The position numbers were made by a program, and so were the translations under genes. 36,528 bases of DNA. Source: Candidatus Bathyarchaeota archaeon. Lineage in GTDB: Archaea > Thermoproteota > Bathyarchaeia > TCS64 > B23. Below are positions 27,504 to 36,528 of this stretch, one piece after another (position 1 is the first letter of the stretch; every line of letters begins with the position of its first letter). The notes under the pieces are model-generated. The model searched no databases, was not told where the DNA came from, and worked only from the letters and a program-made list of their open reading frames with translations. The stretch lies in assembly GCA_029259285.1 (NCBI GenBank), contig JAPDJB010000052.1, positions 1 through 36,528 on the forward strand. Reading direction: 5' to 3'.

Positions 27504-28558
27504 GGAAGCGTTATAGGACGCCGACCCCTGAGAGCTACCCCAACTCCATATCGGTGCGCATCGGGGATAGGGAGCTCCACTATGAGAAGGCGATGAGCCT
27601 CAGATATGGGGAGAATCCCCATCAGCCCGCCGCCCTATATAGGCTGCGGGATGCCCCTGTCATCATCGGGGGATTGGAGCTCCTTAAGATGGGGAAGGGA
27701 GGCCTCAGCGAGACGAATGTGGAGGATATAGACAACGCCCTCAACATCCTGAAATACTTTGAGCAGCCAGCCTGTGCGGTTATGAAGCATCTAAACCCCT
27801 CAGGGGTTGCCGCAGCGAGGCCTGGAGACAGCCTCAGGGATGTCTATATCAGGGCGAGGGATTGCGACAGGCAGGCTGCCTTCGGAAGCGTCGTCGCCTT
27901 CAACGTCGAGGTGGACGCCGAGACGGCTGAGGAGGTGGCCTCAACCTTCGTTGAGGTCGTCGCAGCCCCAGCCTATGGGGAGGGGGCCTTAGAGGTCTTC
28001 GAGGGGAGGAGGAGTCTGAGGGTTGTGAGGATCAACGATCCGAGGATGCTCCCCCGATACATCGGAGATGAGGTGAGGCATCTCCGCCTCAGGGTTTTGG
28101 CCGACGGCTCCATCGTGCTCTCCACGCCTCTCCTGACGGGGGTTAGGGGCCCTGGGGATGTGAGGGTCGTCACCGAGAGGGAGCCGACGGAGGGGGAGAT
28201 GAGGGATCTCCTCTTCTCCTGGTATGTCTGTATGAATGTTCGGAGTAATGCTATCGTCGTCTCCAGGGACCTCGCCACCCTCGGCGTTGGGACGGGTCAG
28301 CAGGATCGGGTGACGGCTGTTAGGCTGGCTCTGGAGAAGGCTGTGGCTCAGGGGCATGGCGATGAGCTTAGGGGCTCCGTCCTCGCCTCCGATGGCTTCT
28401 TCCCCTTCACCGATTCGATTGAGTTGATGGCTGAGTATGGCGTCTCAGCCTGCATCCAGCCTGGAGGCTCCATCAGGGATAGGGAGGTCATAGAGGCCTG
28501 TAATGAGTATGGGATAGCGATGGTCTTCACCGATGAGCGGTGCTTCAGACACTTCTAA
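27500..28558 (+). CDS. purH: AICAR transformylase (stand-alone C-terminal domain of PurH)
   Basis: LRYGENPHQ, KHxNPxG, SNAI, GQQDRV, SDGFFPF, IQPGGSIRD, RxFRH. ATG 27500 overlaps the upstream TGA (ATGA). Confidence 0.9.
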   Translation: MRKRYRTPTPESYPNSISVRIGDRELHYEKAMSLRYGENPHQPAALYRLRDAPVIIGGLELLKMGKGGLSETNVEDIDNALNILKYFEQPACAVMKHLNPSGVAAARPGDSLRDVYIRARDCDRQAAFGSVVAFNVEVDAETAEEVASTFVEVVAAPAYGEGALEVFEGRRSLRVVRINDPRMLPRYIGDEVRHLRLRVLADGSIVLSTPLLTGVRGPGDVRVVTEREPTEGEMRDLLFSWYVCMNVRSNAIVVSRDLATLGVGTGQQDRVTAVRLALEKAVAQGHGDELRGSVLASDGFFPFTDSIELMAEYGVSACIQPGGSIRDREVIEACNEYGIAMVFTDERCFRHF

Positions 28559-28574
28559 TATAAGGCTTAGACCC

Positions 28575-28593
28575 CCTGAAGACGGCCTTCAGG
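28575..28593. terminator. Small hairpin downstream of purH (possible terminator)
   Basis: CCTGAAG-ACGGC-CTTCAGG 7-bp stem, starting 17 nt after the stop. No U-tract follows. Confidence 0.3.
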
Positions 28594-28737
28594 CCGCCCT
28601 CAGCCCCGCAGATTATACAGATGTCTTTAAAGATGGAGTTCTCCTCATCGATGGATGAGCATAGATGGATGAATTCTCTCCCCCTCAGAGTCTCCCGCTC
28701 TCCCCCAAATCGATGAGGGAGATGTAAAAAGGATAAA

Positions 28738-30825
28738 ATGAGGCGGAGGGGGAGATCACCTTCGATGGGTGCCTACCGGAGGGCGGCGCTCTACCTCGCA
28801 GTCCTCCTCCTATCGGTCATAATGCTGACCTCCACCATCCACCTCCTCGGAGACCTATCCAGGGTGGATCTAGGTGGATTGAGGATACGGAAGACGAGTA
28901 AAGCCAGCGTCGGGGAGGAGGGGCCTAGGAGGCGGGGTGGAGTCCCCGTTGAGGCACTCCCCTCCGGTGGAGGCGCCCTCTTTGAGATACATATGCAGAC
29001 GGGGACGAGATATCTCCGATGTCGGGTTGGAGAGATATATGACGAAGGCGTGTGGCGTCCCCATGAGGGCTGTAGGCCTCTTCCCTATGAGGGGGGAGCC
29101 GTCGACCATAATGTCTCTCTTCCCCTCCCCTACGAGGACTACATCTTCTATGTGAAGCCCCTCGTGAATCTCACCGGCTATATACCGGTCACCCTGAACG
29201 TTGAGAACCTCGTATTCGACGGCGATGTGCTTCAATACCCCTCTCTCCAAGTCTTCTACACCGAGGAGGTTTTCCCCCAGGTCTATTGGGTAACCCACAG
29301 GCATTATCAATACTCGAAGGAGGAGCTCCTAAGGGCCAGTGTCAAACCTGTAACCCACTGTCTACAAATCCCAGGGGAGATGAAGGAGAGGCTGAGGGAG
29401 CTGGCGCTGAGCGCCGTGGGCGACGTCTCAACCCCCTATGAGAAGTTGAAGGCTCTAGAGGCGTATCTGAAGGAGAACTACATCTACGACGCCAACTATA
29501 CGCCTCCACCCAGTAATCTAGACCCGATAGAGTGGTTCCTATTCTATGAGCGGCGGGGAACCTGCAGCCACTTCAACTCCGCCCTCGCCCTCCTGGCTCG
29601 AACTCTGGGCATACCCACTAGAGTTGTGATGGGGTATCTCGTTTCTCCCGACGCTGAGTATCAGGTGGTGACGCCTAAGCATGCTCACACCTATGTGGAG
29701 GTTCCCTTCGAGGGTTTAGGGTGGATCATCTTCGACGCCACTCCGGAGGAGACTAGGGAGTCTCCAGGTAAGTCGACTCGTATTCCAACGGTGACGAATA
29801 TCACGTGGTGTAGCCCCACGGCGCTTAGGGGTGGGAGCTTCATCACCGTGGGGGTCGTCGAGACCTTCAATGGGACTCCGGTCTCCGATATGGAGGTTCA
29901 GATCTTCCTGACGCCGAATAAGAATGAGACGGGCCTCCTCGTAGGCGTGGGAGTCGTCCATGACGGCCTCTTCAACGTCACCTGTCGAGTTCCACCTGAG
30001 GCTGATGTCGGTGATTACCACGTGGTTGCGAGGGCTGTAGGCAACGCCGTCTATATGGAGTCTTGGAGTGATCCGAGGCTTAAGTTGATGTCGAGAACTG
30101 AGGTGGTGGTGGAGCCCTCCTATAAGGCCTATGTGGGCGAGGAGGCCGTCATCAGGGGGAGGGTTAAAGACCCCCTGACAGGTAAGCCTATAGCGAATAT
30201 CACCCTCACAGTCGAGGTGGATGGCGAAACCTATCTCGTGGAGACCGATGGGGAGGGATGCTTCACCTTCACCTACACACCTGAATCCGAAGGGGAGAAG
30301 ACCATCAGGTTTTTGATTCCACCCTCCGAATATTATCTACCATCAGAGGGGAGGGTCACCCTCCAGATAGAGCCTAGGAGGAGCTCTCCCATAGCGGTTT
30401 TACTCAGCTTCCCCCACAATCTAATAATAGCGACGGCTGGAGGCTTAATAGCCGTGGCGCTGATGATTGGGAGGAGGGGTAAGGAGGAGGCTAAGGCTGA
30501 GGAGAAGCCGGATGTAGAGGCGGAGCCCCCCCTAGAGGAGCCACCCCTCACCTATGACACCTATAGGGAGGGGGTTGTAAAGCTCTATAATCGCCTATAC
30601 ATCAGGGCTAAGAGGCGATTCGGCGTAGGGGATAACCTGACGCCTCGGGAGCTCCAAGCCTTCCTATTGAGGCATCTACCCGATGGAGCCGCATATCCCC
30701 TTGAGGTTCTGGTCTCAACCTTCGAGAAGGCCAACTACGGCGGGGTAGAGCCGACGGCTGGGGAGTTTGAGCGCTGCAGGGATGCCTTAGACGTCTTGAT
30801 GGAGTTGATGGAGCATGGGGATTAA
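28738..30825 (+). CDS. Transglutaminase-like domain membrane protein with Ig-like domains and a C-terminal DUF4129-like domain
   Basis: Triad GTCSHF / HAHTYVEV / WIIFDATP; N- and C-terminal TM helices; LTPREL...FEKANYG tail. The start is probably ATG 28765. Confidence 0.88.
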   Translation: MRRRGRSPSMGAYRRAALYLAVLLLSVIMLTSTIHLLGDLSRVDLGGLRIRKTSKASVGEEGPRRRGGVPVEALPSGGGALFEIHMQTGTRYLRCRVGEIYDEGVWRPHEGCRPLPYEGGAVDHNVSLPLPYEDYIFYVKPLVNLTGYIPVTLNVENLVFDGDVLQYPSLQVFYTEEVFPQVYWVTHRHYQYSKEELLRASVKPVTHCLQIPGEMKERLRELALSAVGDVSTPYEKLKALEAYLKENYIYDANYTPPPSNLDPIEWFLFYERRGTCSHFNSALALLARTLGIPTRVVMGYLVSPDAEYQVVTPKHAHTYVEVPFEGLGWIIFDATPEETRESPGKSTRIPTVTNITWCSPTALRGGSFITVGVVETFNGTPVSDMEVQIFLTPNKNETGLLVGVGVVHDGLFNVTCRVPPEADVGDYHVVARAVGNAVYMESWSDPRLKLMSRTEVVVEPSYKAYVGEEAVIRGRVKDPLTGKPIANITLTVEVDGETYLVETDGEGCFTFTYTPESEGEKTIRFLIPPSEYYLPSEGRVTLQIEPRRSSPIAVLLSFPHNLIIATAGGLIAVALMIGRRGKEEAKAEEKPDVEAEPPLEEPPLTYDTYREGVVKLYNRLYIRAKRRFGVGDNLTPRELQAFLLRHLPDGAAYPLEVLVSTFEKANYGGVEPTAGEFERCRDALDVLMELMEHGD

Positions 30826-31999
30826 GAGAGTCGTCGTCAGGAACACCCTGCTCTACGCTTCCCTAGCGTTCCCCCTCCTCTGGGCCATGCTGATTTGGAG
30901 GCCAACCCTCGGGGAGTTCGGTTCGTTGCTTCCAAATTTGCCCGCTAAGATGGCCTCCATGGAGCTCTCCCCCCTCTTCCTCTCCTTATTAGCCTCTGCC
31001 TCCACCTTCTACGCCGGCAGCATAATCGGAGCCATCTTCGAGGGCAGCGCAAAGGAGCTCCTCGTCGGCAGCCTCTACGCGGCGAGCTTCGCCCTTCTCC
31101 TAAGCCTCCCCCTCATATATGCCCCAGGCTCAGAGGTTTACAGCTCCCTCGGCCTCTACATCCTCCTCTCCTTCCTCACCTTAATCCTACACAACGTCGC
31201 CTCCACCCTCCTGAAGCTTAGGGGCCTCCTATCCCTCAGATCTCTCTCCGCCAGCGCCGCCATCTACATAGAGGGCCTTGCCATATCCAGGATCATCGAC
31301 ATCGCCCTCAGAAATCTCCCATTCCCTCTCCCACCGGATCTCTCCAGGCTGCTCTACATGGCCATGACGGCCTCAGCCCTCCTCTCCCTCCCCTCCGCCT
31401 TTAAAGGATCTAGGAGTAATGCCCTGGCGTCTATAGGTGAGGCCTCATCGAAGTATCATATCATAATCCCCTCCACCATCGTTGCAGCCCTCTACTTCGG
31501 CTATTATAGGGAGAATCTGTCGACGCTTCTCCCGAGTCTCTCCCCCCTCTCACCCTATCTGGAGTGGATGTTTATCACAGCCCTAGCCGCCCTCGTCTAT
31601 AGGGGCGCCAGGAAATCCATCGAGGTTTCAGCCCTCGACAGGGTTGGAGATTGGGCTAGGCATATACAGGAGGTCTCCACCTATAGGGGTGAGAGGCTGT
31701 CGGAGCTGACATCTGCCATGGAGGAGTTCATAACTCAGGGTAGGAAGGAGAGGCTCATCCTACTCCTAAGCCTCATACTCCACGATGAGGGCTTAAGTGA
31801 GGGGGAGGTAGAGCGGATCCTCTCCCCCCTCCTAGAGCATAGAGATAAACCTAAACCAATTCTCTCTATCAAGGGACGAGTGGAATCCCTGGAGAGGAGG
31901 GACATCGAGAGGCGTAGCAGAGTTCTGGAGAGGGTGGTTGAGAGGATCACAACCCTAAGCCATATACCCATCAGCGTGGAGGGGGTAGAGGCAAGGTGA
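30815..31999 (+). CDS. Polytopic membrane protein of unknown function
   Basis: About 8 hydrophobic helices plus a soluble C-terminal tail; overlaps neighbours on both sides. Confidence 0.75.
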   Translation: MGIKRVVVRNTLLYASLAFPLLWAMLIWRPTLGEFGSLLPNLPAKMASMELSPLFLSLLASASTFYAGSIIGAIFEGSAKELLVGSLYAASFALLLSLPLIYAPGSEVYSSLGLYILLSFLTLILHNVASTLLKLRGLLSLRSLSASAAIYIEGLAISRIIDIALRNLPFPLPPDLSRLLYMAMTASALLSLPSAFKGSRSNALASIGEASSKYHIIIPSTIVAALYFGYYRENLSTLLPSLSPLSPYLEWMFITALAALVYRGARKSIEVSALDRVGDWARHIQEVSTYRGERLSELTSAMEEFITQGRKERLILLLSLILHDEGLSEGEVERILSPLLEHRDKPKPILSIKGRVESLERRDIERRSRVLERVVERITTLSHIPISVEGVEAR

Positions 32000-32970
32000 A
32001 TGTTGAGAAGGTTAGGGATCTAGCCACGGCGATCCTGGACGAGGTGAATAGGTTTTACGTTGGGAAGAGATTGATGCTGAGGAAGCTTCTATCAGCCGCC
32101 CTCGCCAACGGCCACGTCCTCTTCGAGGATTACCCTGGACTTGGGAAGACGCTGCTCGCCAAGGCGCTGGCGCGGGTGACGGGATGCAGCTGGAGACGCA
32201 TACAGTTCACTCCGGATCTGATGCCGGCGGACATCCTTGGAACCAGGGTCTGGCGTATAAGGGAGGCCCGCTTCGTCTTGGAGAAGGGGCCCATCTTCAC
32301 CAACATCCTATTGGCCGATGAGATCAATCGTTCACCGCCTAAGACTCAGTCAGCCCTGTTGGAGGCGATGGAGGAGCGTCAGGTCACCATAGAGGGTGAG
32401 ACACATCGATTGGAGCAGCCCTTCTTCGTAATCGCCACCCAGAACCCGATAGAGCTGGAGGGAACCTATCCGCTGCCTGAGGCCCAGCTGGATAGGTTTC
32501 TGGTGAAGCTCTCCATCGGCTACGTCGAGACCCAGAGGGAGGAGAGCCTCATACTGAAGAGGAGAATCCTATGGAAGAAGGATGACCCCACATCGCTGAT
32601 GGAGCCTGTGACGGATCAGAGAACCTTCGTAGAGATGCAACGCTTCATAGAGGAGGATATCTACGTCGACGATCAGATCATCGACTACATCACAGCCATA
32701 GTCAGGGCTACCCGCAGCCACTACGCCGTCGAGGTCGGATCCAGCCCAAGGGGAGGCCTCGCCCTCCTTAAGCTCTCAAGGGCTCACGCCGCCATCTCGG
32801 GTCGAGACTTTGTCACGCCTGATGATGTGAAGCTCTTCGCCTTCGACGCCCTTGGGCATAGGCTGATCCTGAGGATGGAGTATGCCCTTGAGGGTAAGGT
32901 GACGCCTGGAGATGTCATAAGGGAGATCCTCGATAAGATAGAGGTTCCCAGGGATTTCCTACGTAGGTGA
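31996..32970 (+). CDS. MoxR-family AAA+ ATPase
   Basis: PGLGKT, RIQFTPDLMPADILG, LLADEINR, ATQNPIELEGTYPLPEAQLDRF, SPRG. Confidence 0.95.
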   Translation: MNVEKVRDLATAILDEVNRFYVGKRLMLRKLLSAALANGHVLFEDYPGLGKTLLAKALARVTGCSWRRIQFTPDLMPADILGTRVWRIREARFVLEKGPIFTNILLADEINRSPPKTQSALLEAMEERQVTIEGETHRLEQPFFVIATQNPIELEGTYPLPEAQLDRFLVKLSIGYVETQREESLILKRRILWKKDDPTSLMEPVTDQRTFVEMQRFIEEDIYVDDQIIDYITAIVRATRSHYAVEVGSSPRGGLALLKLSRAHAAISGRDFVTPDDVKLFAFDALGHRLILRMEYALEGKVTPGDVIREILDKIEVPRDFLRR

Positions 32971-32977
32971 AGCCCGC

Positions 32978-34417
32978 TTGTCGACTCGGGAGGCGCTGGA
33001 GCCTGCGGTCACCTCCTTCGCCTTCATAGTCTTCGGAATGCTTCTAGGCAACGTGATCCTAATCCTCGTCGGCCTCCTCCCCCTCCTCTTCATCGTCCTC
33101 TCGCTGCTCATCCCTCCGCCCCAGGAGGTGGAGGTGGAGCGCATAGGGGAGGATCAAAGCCTATTAGTCGATGAACAGTTCTCCGAGACCATCAGGATTA
33201 GGGTTAGAGGAGGCATCGGCATCGTAACCATCGGCGACATCCTCCCATCCTCCTTCAGCCTCGAGGATGGAACCAACTTCAAGGCTCTTTGGAAGGGCGT
33301 CGGCGACGTGGAGGCAGCCATCAGCTATACAGCCACCTGCGCCAGGAGAGGCCTATACCAGCTGGAGGGAGTCCACTATGAGGCCAGGCATTTCCTACGG
33401 ATGTTGAAAACCGATATCGGGCTGGTGGAGGCTCCTAGAACCATCACCGTCAGGCCGAGACCCCTATTGGTAAGGCGGGTTAGGCATAGGGAGGCCGTCT
33501 CAGCTATCCCCATGCCAGCTGAGGCTAAGTATCGATTCGGAATTCCCACGACCGATTTCCTTGAGGTGAGGGACTACGCCCCAGGGGATCCCTATAGGAT
33601 GATAAACTGGAAGGCGACGGCTAGGAGGCTCTCAGCCTCGCCGAGTCCACTTCAGGTCAACGAGTATGAGAGGGAGGGGCGGAAGGTCGTATGGATATTC
33701 CTAGACTCGGCTCCCCACATGGCGGCTGGAACCACGCTTCGAAGCGCATTAGACTACGCCGTCCAGGCCGCCCTCGGGTTGGCTGACTTCTATCTAAGCC
33801 GTGGATGTAGAGTTGGATTAGCCATCTACAATCATGATGCCTATCGATGGGAGGGCCCCTTCGAGAGGAGGGTTAAGCCTCCACCGGAGCTTCTCAAGGC
33901 TCTCTCAGGCCTCAAAGCCCTGGAGCCGCCGATGGAGATGCCTGATGAGGCGGAGGGGGTTAAGATGCCTCAGAGCCGGATAATCTTCCCCGATGTAGGC
34001 CGGAGACAGCGATATAGGTTGACGAAGGAGATGGTTAAAGTCGAGATCGGATACAGCCTAGAGTCGCTGAGGGAGGTGGTTCACAGCTGTCGGGGGCATC
34101 TGAGGGGGTCTAGACCCCTCTTCATCATCATTACCATGGTGGAGGCGGGTGAGCTTGAGGGGCTTCTAGAGGGCGTAAAGGCTCTTTACCGCTATACTCT
34201 GAGGGGTAGGAGGCCGAGTATTATGCTGCTCGATGTGAGAGGAGACAGGTTGGCGGTGAGGACGAGGGAGGAGGAGCTGGCCTCTAGGATCGTTAAGAGG
34301 GAGCTGGAGACGGCTTACATAGCTCTAAGAGGGCTGGGGGTTGAGATCGTATCCTGGAATCCGAGGGATGAGAGCTTCGTTGAGATCCTGGCTAGGAGGG
34401 TGAGATATGGGCGTTGA
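32978..34417 (+). CDS. DUF58 (vWA-like) MoxR-associated membrane protein
   Basis: N-terminal TMs, RRG, VRDYAPGDPYRMINWKATAR, VNEYE, IFLDS. Confidence 0.88.
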   Translation: MSTREALEPAVTSFAFIVFGMLLGNVILILVGLLPLLFIVLSLLIPPPQEVEVERIGEDQSLLVDEQFSETIRIRVRGGIGIVTIGDILPSSFSLEDGTNFKALWKGVGDVEAAISYTATCARRGLYQLEGVHYEARHFLRMLKTDIGLVEAPRTITVRPRPLLVRRVRHREAVSAIPMPAEAKYRFGIPTTDFLEVRDYAPGDPYRMINWKATARRLSASPSPLQVNEYEREGRKVVWIFLDSAPHMAAGTTLRSALDYAVQAALGLADFYLSRGCRVGLAIYNHDAYRWEGPFERRVKPPPELLKALSGLKALEPPMEMPDEAEGVKMPQSRIIFPDVGRRQRYRLTKEMVKVEIGYSLESLREVVHSCRGHLRGSRPLFIIITMVEAGELEGLLEGVKALYRYTLRGRRPSIMLLDVRGDRLAVRTREEELASRIVKRELETAYIALRGLGVEIVSWNPRDESFVEILARRVRYGR

Positions 34418-35087
34418 AAGGTCTATAAGGGGTGTGGAGCTTCTCCTCGCCGTGGCCCCCAGCTATCTCTCAGCCCTCCTCCTGGTGAAGAGCGGCCTCT
34501 ATGTAGAGTTTAAGAGTCTCACCCTCCCAATCCTAGGCCTCCTCGGTCTACCCCTCGAAGCCTATCTCGATTTGATGCCCCTCGCAGCAGCCGTGCTGCT
34601 TTCGCTGCTCATCTGGAGGAGGGGGAGTGAATCGGCCTATGCTAAGCTCTTCAGCCTCAACCTCCTCATGTTCTTCCCAGCCGTCCTCGACTACAGCCAC
34701 TTCAACTGGGTTATGCTGATACTCCCCTACACCCCTAGGGCTGAGATGCCGCTTCTAACCTTCATCACAGGCCTACTACTCCAGCTCTCATATCTAACCA
34801 TCAGATCTACACTCCTCATCCGATATACGAGGGATGAGCTTCTAGGTCGAGGGGCTGAACCCGAGGATGTCGACGCCATCTCCAAGGGGCAGATAGCCTA
34901 CCTCACCTTAATCCTAACGGCCTCAACTCTGATGCTGGCAGCCATATATCTCGCCCTCCCCCACCTGGAGGCCCTATTGAGGGCTGAGATGTCGGGGATC
35001 CCCTATACGCATATAACCATCGGCTTCTCAGCCACCCTCCTCATAGCCATCGCCACCCTTCTCTTCCTAAAGGGCTGGAAGAGATGA
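34407..35087 (+). CDS. Membrane protein of unknown function
   Basis: About 6 hydrophobic helices; 11-nt overlap with the DUF58 gene. Confidence 0.75.
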   Translation: MGVERSIRGVELLLAVAPSYLSALLLVKSGLYVEFKSLTLPILGLLGLPLEAYLDLMPLAAAVLLSLLIWRRGSESAYAKLFSLNLLMFFPAVLDYSHFNWVMLILPYTPRAEMPLLTFITGLLLQLSYLTIRSTLLIRYTRDELLGRGAEPEDVDAISKGQIAYLTLILTASTLMLAAIYLALPHLEALLRAEMSGIPYTHITIGFSATLLIAIATLLFLKGWKR

Positions 35088-35171
35088 CAAGGAGGCAAAT
35101 CAGAGCTGGAAAATCGGCTTCCCCTGGGAGACCCCCTTTATATCATCCAACCCCCAATTCTTCATCATCTG

Positions 35172-36116
35172 GTGAATGAGATGAGGAGAGTGCTGGAGGC
35201 CGCTAAGAGGATTAGGCGTCTAGAGGTTCAGGGGGCCACGAACGTCGCCCTCACAGCCATAAGGGCCTTGGTGGAGCAGATGCGGGAATCGAGGGCTGAG
35301 AGCCGTGAGGAGGCCCTGGCCGAGATAGAGGAGGCCCGAGACATCCTCTTCGGGGCGAGGGAGACTGAGCCCTTCATGAGGAATACCCTCAGATACATAG
35401 AGTGGAGGGTTAGGGCTGCCAGGTGGGAGAGCGTCGAGGAGCTCAACCGGCTGATGGAGGCCGTGGCCGAGGAGCTCATACAGCGCTTCAGGGAGGCCCG
35501 TAAACGCATCGAGGACGTCGGCTCCAGGCGCATACTCCCTGGAACCCGCATCCTCACCCACTGCCACTCCTCAGCTGTCATAGCCGTCCTCGGAGCAGCT
35601 AAGAGGAGGGGAATAGAATTCGAGGTGATCTGCACCGAGACCAGGCCCCTATACCAGGGGCGCATCACAGCCAGGGAGCTTCTGGAGATGGGGGTTAAGA
35701 CGACGATGATCGTCGACTCGGCTGTTAGAACCTTCCTGAAGCAGGTTGACCTAGTCCTCGTCGGGGCAGATGCCATAACATCCGAGGGGAACATCATCAA
35801 CAAGATCGGAACAAGCCTCATCGCCCTCGCAGCCCAGGAGGCCCGAGTCCCCTTCTACGTCGTCACGGAGCTGCTGAAGTTTGATCCGCAGACAATCCAC
35901 GGCGACTATGAGGCGATAGAGGAGAGGGCTGCCTCGGAGATATGGCCCGACGCCCCAGAGGGCCTAGCCATAAGGAATCCAGCCTTCGAAGTCACCAGAA
36001 GAGACTACATACATGGAATCATCTGTGAGGAGGGGGTCATATCGCCCCACTCGATTTTGGAGGCCGTAAGGCGTCGATACCCCTGGATACTCGAATCCGT
36101 CGGCATACCAGCCTAA
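35172..36116 (+). CDS. Ribose-1,5-bisphosphate isomerase (eIF2B-like family)
   Basis: QGA, THCHS (catalytic Cys), ETRPxxQG, GADAI, NKIGT and NPAFE motifs. TTTATA at about 35136 upstream. Confidence 0.82.
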   Translation: MNEMRRVLEAAKRIRRLEVQGATNVALTAIRALVEQMRESRAESREEALAEIEEARDILFGARETEPFMRNTLRYIEWRVRAARWESVEELNRLMEAVAEELIQRFREARKRIEDVGSRRILPGTRILTHCHSSAVIAVLGAAKRRGIEFEVICTETRPLYQGRITARELLEMGVKTTMIVDSAVRTFLKQVDLVLVGADAITSEGNIINKIGTSLIALAAQEARVPFYVVTELLKFDPQTIHGDYEAIEERAASEIWPDAPEGLAIRNPAFEVTRRDYIHGIICEEGVISPHSILEAVRRRYPWILESVGIPA

Positions 36117-36171
36117 CCAGGTTTTTGTCGAGGAAAACAATTAAACACCTGAAATCCAACTATTCGACAAC

Positions 36172-36408
36172 ATGCCCCTAAAGGTCTCAATAGAACCCCG
36201 AGAGGAGTGTATAGGATGCGGGAACTGCCAGGCAAACTGCCCCCAAGTCTTCGAGCTCATCCCAGAAGACGGCCTATCGGCCATCAGAGCCGGATATAGA
36301 GGCGCCTCCCAAGCCGAGGGCGAAGTCCCAGACGACCTGGAGAGCTGCGTGAGGGACGCAGCGGAACTCTGCCCCGTAAACATAATCCACGTGGAGAAGA
36401 CGAGTTAG
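36172..36408 (+). CDS. Single-cluster [4Fe-4S] ferredoxin
   Basis: CIGCGNCxxxCP...AAELCPVNII. Confidence 0.9.
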   Translation: MPLKVSIEPREECIGCGNCQANCPQVFELIPEDGLSAIRAGYRGASQAEGEVPDDLESCVRDAAELCPVNIIHVEKTS

Positions 36409-36415
36409 ACTTCTC

Positions 36416-36528
36416 TCATTCTCTCCCAGATATTTTCAGTCCAAGTTCCTTTAGTCGTTCGAAGTGGTGGTTCCTTGTTTTCAGCGTCAGATCGTTGGCG
36501 AGGGCTGTGGCGGCTATAAGTAGATCGG
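36416..36528 (-). CDS. vapC: PIN-domain (VapC-like) protein, C-terminal fragment (5' end outside the window)
   Basis: Not in the ORF track. Minus-strand translation DLLIAATALANDLTLKTRNHHFERLKELGLKISGRE-stop matches the PIN DxxIAAxA...LxTxN..F pattern. Confidence 0.8.
   Translation of the reverse strand, partial: DLLIAATALANDLTLKTRNHHFERLKELGLKISGRE

Noticed and set aside
826-36383. Many Ser/Pro-rich overlapping ORFs (e.g. 1813-2388, 13776-14345, 25369-26022, 35228-35821)
   Set aside because: They lie antisense or off-frame to well-supported genes and lack motifs. Their composition follows from the GAG/AGG-rich codon usage of the real genes.
1-36528. tRNA, rRNA, IS elements, integrases or proviral genes
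   Set aside because: No intergenic gap shows a cloverleaf or rRNA-like sequence, and no transposase, integrase or capsid motifs were seen.

Overview
Gene-dense archaeal chromosomal segment. Archaeal origin rests on tgtA, an SmAP3-type Lsm, an AK6/Fap7-type kinase, ribose-1,5-bisphosphate isomerase and TATA-like boxes about 30 nt upstream of starts. A TACK/Bathyarchaeia-like host is my inference. The window has about 35 CDS: peptide/amino-acid catabolism genes (aminotransferase, two M20 enzymes, a metal-site-degenerate M24), polX plus an SPL-like radical SAM, a membrane-anchored coiled-coil PLD/Nuc nuclease, a 1896-aa surface protein with three tandem clan GH-A glycoside hydrolase modules and a beta-propeller region, an orphan amino-methyltransferase next to a tgtA/Lsm/AK6 cluster, an unannotated OsmC pseudogene, mntP, guaB with a split purH, a transglutaminase-MoxR-DUF58 operon, R15P isomerase, ferredoxin and the 3' end of a VapC/PIN gene. 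The best candidate for an undescribed system is the translationally coupled four-gene operon at 19936-24308. It encodes three divergent paralogous two-TM proteins sharing a G-[LF]-x5-[FY]-Y motif, one fused to an M14 zinc-hydrolase domain, plus a truncated SPFH/HflK-like membrane protein. No rRNA, tRNA, CRISPR array or transposase was seen. All family assignments come from motif recognition by eye, not database searches.
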